Source of the DNA: Macrostomum hystrix
Taxonomy: Eukaryota > Animalia > Platyhelminthes
Reading direction: 5' to 3'
DNA: 64,000 nucleotides
NCBI GenBank assembly: GCA_950097015.1
Contig: CATNEN010000001.1
Location: 20,770,001 to 20,834,000, forward strand
Part shown: piece by piece, positions 59,693-64,000 of the stretch
Numbering within the stretch: position 1 is the stretch's first letter
Layout: each line of letters begins with the position of its first letter
Translations under genes and position numbers: made by a program
Notes under the pieces: model-generated
Told to the model about the DNA's origin: nothing
The model's input: only the letters and a program-made list of their open reading frames with translations
Databases searched by the model: none

Positions 59693-62019
59693 TGTGAAGT
59701 GGGTGCGGGTTTTGCAATCCGATGACCTGTCCTCAAGAGAGAAAGGGAGTGTGGGAATGGCGATAGAGTTAGAAGTCGTACCGCAAAGCCTCGCGATTTA
59801 TCGCGGGGAGAGGGATGAAGGGAGAGATGAAGGGAGAGACAGTGGATGCAGGGAGTGGTCCTCTCGGCCTCAGGCTGGCCAGTCCCACTCAACCCATAGG
59901 CCACAGGCATGACTGCCGTGCCTACCCCAAGCAGTGCTCGAAACCGGCTAAAGTCTAAAGAGATATCGGACTACCCGCAAGCAGGTAGGACAGGGCTAGA
60001 TAGCCTACTGTCATCAGTAGCATGTACATAACTGACTCCTAACAGTGGTAGCAGTGGTCGATTCGGCCCAGGCTCTTGTCTTAGAAATGCGGAAAGGCTA
60101 TTGGCAAAGCGGAAAATGATCTAGGGTAGCGCCACCACCCAATGCGCCTACGTTGCCACCGCAGACATTTGGGAACTTGGGTCCCCGGAGTTCACAGCTC
60201 CTAGTTTGTCACACAGATCTCAGACAAGCCGAAAAATAGGGCATTCTGTAACTTCCGTTTTAGACTAGGGCGAAGACCCCAGAATGAATCGAGACACGCC
60301 TCAACAGGGGATTCCTGAAACTGCGCTACAGTGGTCTAGAAAGGTGGTACTCCGAACCCGAATGAGAAACCCATAGCCAGAATCCTACTCCTGGAACATC
60401 AAACACATTCCTTACATTAGATTACAGCCTACGCATTAAATAACTAGCAAATCCGAATCTGTGTGAGATGAGGAAATCAGAGGCAGGAGAGATTAAGCAG
60501 AACACTGGCTGAGTGATTATGCAAGCGATAAATATTAGATCACGCCTCTCGCTCCCATGGCCGTAGTTGCGAGGGCGGGGAATAGAAGGAGAATTCAATT
60601 GACAAAGGAGTTTGACGCGTACACTGGAATCCGCCAGTGAGAGAGGAAAGCCGGCCACGGAATTCCCCGCCCCTAAGCAGCAATGCACACGCTACATTCC
60701 GCATTTTACTCGCAAATCCCTAGCTCCTTATTACTTTCCTGCGCGCTCACAGTTGTCCTCCTGCCGCAGCTTTCAGCTCGGCATCACCAGAGCCCATCCC
60801 CCTAAAGAGTTAGCCACTCATGATCGAGGGCTGTCTAGCGATAAAATAAATAGAAGAGAGTAGCATGATAAGGAAAGGTTTAGTTGTTATAAAATTGGCC
60901 TAATTATTAAAAATGGCAGTCAATTAATAAATGGTTTATTAGGCTATCAAATTCCCTAATTTCCCTCCCTCTAATTGCCGCCTAACCTAGAGAAAGGTCC
61001 CTTAGGACTAACAATTATAAAACCGCTGCGCGGGTTACTTAGCTGGATGCTGATTCGGCCGCGTGCTGCAATCCTGTAGCTCTCGGGGAAGGGGTAGGGC
61101 AAAACAGCAAGGCCGGGAAAGGAAACTGCTGTGAGCTGGCAGGGGCCAACGCACTGGGAGCACAGTGGCTCAATTTAGAGCTCACCTAAAGAGGTGGCTT
61201 GCGATTAAGGGGAAGGGGACAGGCAATGGGCCTGTGAGCGCTTGCTCGAGCTTATAGCTCTGGGGTCTAAGCCTTAGGTGGATGGGGAAAGTGCCTTAGG
61301 TCCGGTGGGAGTCCAGGCCGGCAGGTAAGGTCCAAGGTAAGGTTGGAAGGGTAAGGGTCCGGTTCTAGGGAGGTGCCGGAGGTTGTCCTAGGGGCAGCGC
61401 AGCGCGCTTCCTTAAATAGTCTTGCAGCACGCCAACCCCGACATCCATCAAAATAACCCACATTCGCGCCAGCCTGTCATCGAGGAATTGAAGCGGCGAT
61501 TGCCGCCCCGATTACCCAATGAACCGACGGCGAGAAACGACAGATGCTCCTCGAGAGCAGCTGCCGGCAGACAGCCAAATGATTGTTACTCCGCCAGGAC
61601 AATGGGAAGCGCAGGCGCCGACCTGCCTACAGTGACATTTACATGTATCTAAGAGAGGAGGTCATAAAGTCGAGCTGGGCTCGAATACTGTAAAGAAGTG
61701 GGGACATGAAGAATTAATGATCACTCATAACGCCCGAGTGATCCCCAATATCTGATCGCGGTTTGGAGGGGAATTATGACCTAAACTACTCATACAATAA
61801 AAGCTATGGCCGCGATCAGTCATTCCTACAGGGGTCTAGACAGATCCAGGGAGAAGGGAGTCGACGGCTACTTAATTCACCGCCGCCCAAAACCCGGCCC
61901 TAAGATTAATGATCGTGTTTGCGGCCAGCTGCTACGTGGGTCGCAATTATTAGACACTTAAAAATTTGAAAAATTATGCTGGCTCACATTCCCACTCGAT
62001 TCCCGCAGCACACTCCACA
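59693..62019. mobile_element. ~2.3 kb non-coding element with TG...CA ends and ~17-bp imperfect terminal inverted repeats
   Basis: 5' end TGTGAAGTGGGTGCGGG versus reverse complement of the 3' end TGTGGAGTGTGCTGCGGG. Absent from duplication copy 1. No long ORF. Confidence 0.65.
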
Positions 62020-62021
62020 TC

Positions 62022-62375
62022 AGGCGGCATTTTGTTCGAATTAAGTCAGTTAGACTAAGAAATTTGCCGGATACGGGCGAAATTAGTGAATTCATCCCAG
62101 ATAAGCAAAAAGCGAATTTCAGCTTGAAATATGAAAATCATGTAAAGATTTTAAACAACCGCAGGCGACCACTGCGACAACATCGACGACTGTGCCAGCC
62201 GGCCCTGCATCAACGGGGGCCGTTGTGTGGATGGCAACAGAACGTGAGTTTGCTTTCGTGTTTATTTGATACTGAGAGCTGATATAACACTTTTTCTATT
62301 TATTATCTATTCATTTCCAGTTACACCTGCGACTGCTCAGGCTTGGGATTCAGCGGCTCCAGGTGCGAAATCAAC
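62022..62375 (+). pseudogene. Orphan copy of gene A intron 2 end, exon 3, intron 3 and the first 55 nt of exon 4
   Basis: Near-identical to 4159-4514, with the exon copy at 62165-62243. No upstream or downstream exons of its own. Confidence 0.9.
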
Positions 62376-63142
62376 TCAATCAAATCAACCAGGTGCGAGT
62401 AAAATATCCCTCCTTCACTTGCTTATATTTCTCCCTTTGGGGACGTAAATGTAACCATTGAAAAGTCAGTATTCCAGATACTTGATCACTCAATTCACTT
62501 CTATTTTATACGTTACACTCCAGCCTATTCGGACAGCTCAATCACAGAGCAAATGCTTTAGTTAGGTGTAAATAAATCTATAATTAAAAAAAAATTCATC
62601 TATAAAATACGAGTACTGAAAGTTTCATTGCTCTTCATTTTTGCTGTTGTTTTTTATAGATTAAGGCAATATAGGGAGAATTAGATTTTGAGTAAGGATT
62701 TCGAACTCGTCTACTTGAATTATTATACTTGAAATTACCTTCTGCCATTCCAGCCTCATGACTTCGCTTGGAAAATACGGAACTCTTTTGCACTGAGCAT
62801 AAATCGATAAAAGTGCATCGCTGCAATCGCCACTGATGAGGTCTACTTGCTTTTCAGTTTGATGGTTGCCTTCGCTTCATTTCCAGTTGGTAACGGTGAG
62901 TCAGGGCTGCTGCTGTTGCTGATTGTCTCACCTGGAACTGGCCAATGGCTTCCAACAATGGTTTCAAACAATGGGCCATGTCCACGCAGGACATTGGATC
63001 TAAAGTGACGTTTCACTTTCCCTAAAATTCACATCCTAAAAATAAAATTATATTTGCGGGATGTCTGTGGGCAATAGCAATCATTTGGTGACAGTTGACT
63101 CGAAGCCGGTACATGTGCTCTGACGTTTACATTGTTGGGCAG

Positions 63143-63300
63143 CTTACACACACTGTACCTTGGGTTTTGACAGCTTACTGGTGCGGGACAAGCCCCGAAG
63201 GCTTCTCCCCGCGGCTGCGCTGTAAAAAATGGGGCCTCACTGAGGAATCGAACTCATGGACCATATTGCTAGAGACGGGCACTGACCCCTTTACTTTCCC
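63143..63300 (-). mobile_element. Degenerate SINE family 1 copy (reverse)
   Basis: Duplicate of 39290-39445. Confidence 0.7.
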
Positions 63301-63724
63301 CAAACGTCACAACTACCTACTTAATTTCGCGTTCTCCATGTCTGGAAGTGTTAGGTAAAAAGAAAGTTTAGGTTTGTGAAAGTAGGTGATGACAATATAT
63401 GACAGGTGATAACGATATATGAAAGGTGGTATCATTGTGTGGCAAATGTGTGGACATGCGATTTCTTTCGTAGAAGAAGGTGCATGCGAATGTTTGACAT
63501 GCGATTCAAGTCCACTATCGTTTTACTTCTCGCTTTTTGAGTAGTGTGTAGCGCAACGTTTTTATCGTATGATTCACTCGCGGCACAGCACAATGAAACC
63601 GGCGGCGTCTGTCGAAACTGTCGAAACGGCGGCGTCTGCAGACAAGGCAAAAGCTCCGCGTCACTTGCTACAGCGGCTACTTTGGTAATCGAAGTCTTGT
63701 ATGTTATGTTCACCTGGGAAACAC

Positions 63725-64000
63725 TCCTAACTCCCCATCCTCCTCACTTCGCCATCCTCCTCACTCCCCATCCTCCTCACTCGCCATCCTCCTCACTCCC
63801 CATCCTCCTCACTCCGCATCCTCCTCACTCCCCATCCTCCTCACTCCGCATCCTCCTCACTCCCCATCCTCCTCACGCACTATCCTCCTCACTCGCCATC
63901 CTCCTCACTCCCCATCCTCCTCACTCGCCATCCTCCTCACTCGCCATCCTCCTCACTCCGCATCCTCCTCACTCCCCATCCTCCTCACTCGCCATCCTCC
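63725..64000. repeat. 16-bp minisatellite running off the window end
   Basis: Counterpart of 39868-40205, suggesting another gene unit follows. Confidence 0.95.

Larger units (their letters stand above)
45470..63725 (+). repeat. Segmental duplication, copy 2
   Basis: Near-identical to 22196-39870, interrupted by the insert at 59693-62396. Confidence 0.92.

Overview
Eukaryotic (invertebrate metazoan-like, intron-rich, minisatellite-rich) DNA, with no prokaryotic features. The whole window is a head-to-tail, + strand tandem cluster of type-I single-pass membrane protein genes whose ectodomains derive from Crumbs. They contain EGF repeats, including the Crumbs-specific insert EGF 'CLERS...Y...PFNGSFSY..AAGFVC' and 'CSV.LTGC', with or without laminin-G domains. 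None has the Crumbs polarity tail (GTY/ERLI). Instead each has multi-exon cytoplasmic tails with tyrosine motifs (YxN, YxNM, YxxP), and some also have PDZ- or SH3-ligand-like motifs. By hand I reconstructed the 3' end of one gene (gene 0), five intact genes (A, C, D, C', D'), one frameshifted copy (B) and an orphan exon fragment. C+D and C'+D' form a ~23.5 kb tandem segmental duplication. The paralogues are mosaics of shared exon modules. The N-terminal EGF pair is hypervariable next to an intron that is identical or nearly so between copies, and a furin-like site is conserved inside the last LamG domain. This pattern resembles a rapidly diversifying recognition/signalling receptor family (inference). 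Six different minisatellites, two SINE-like families, a LINE RT relic and LTR/TIR-like inserts fill the introns and spacers. All gene models come from visual splice-site and paralogue comparison, with no expression data.
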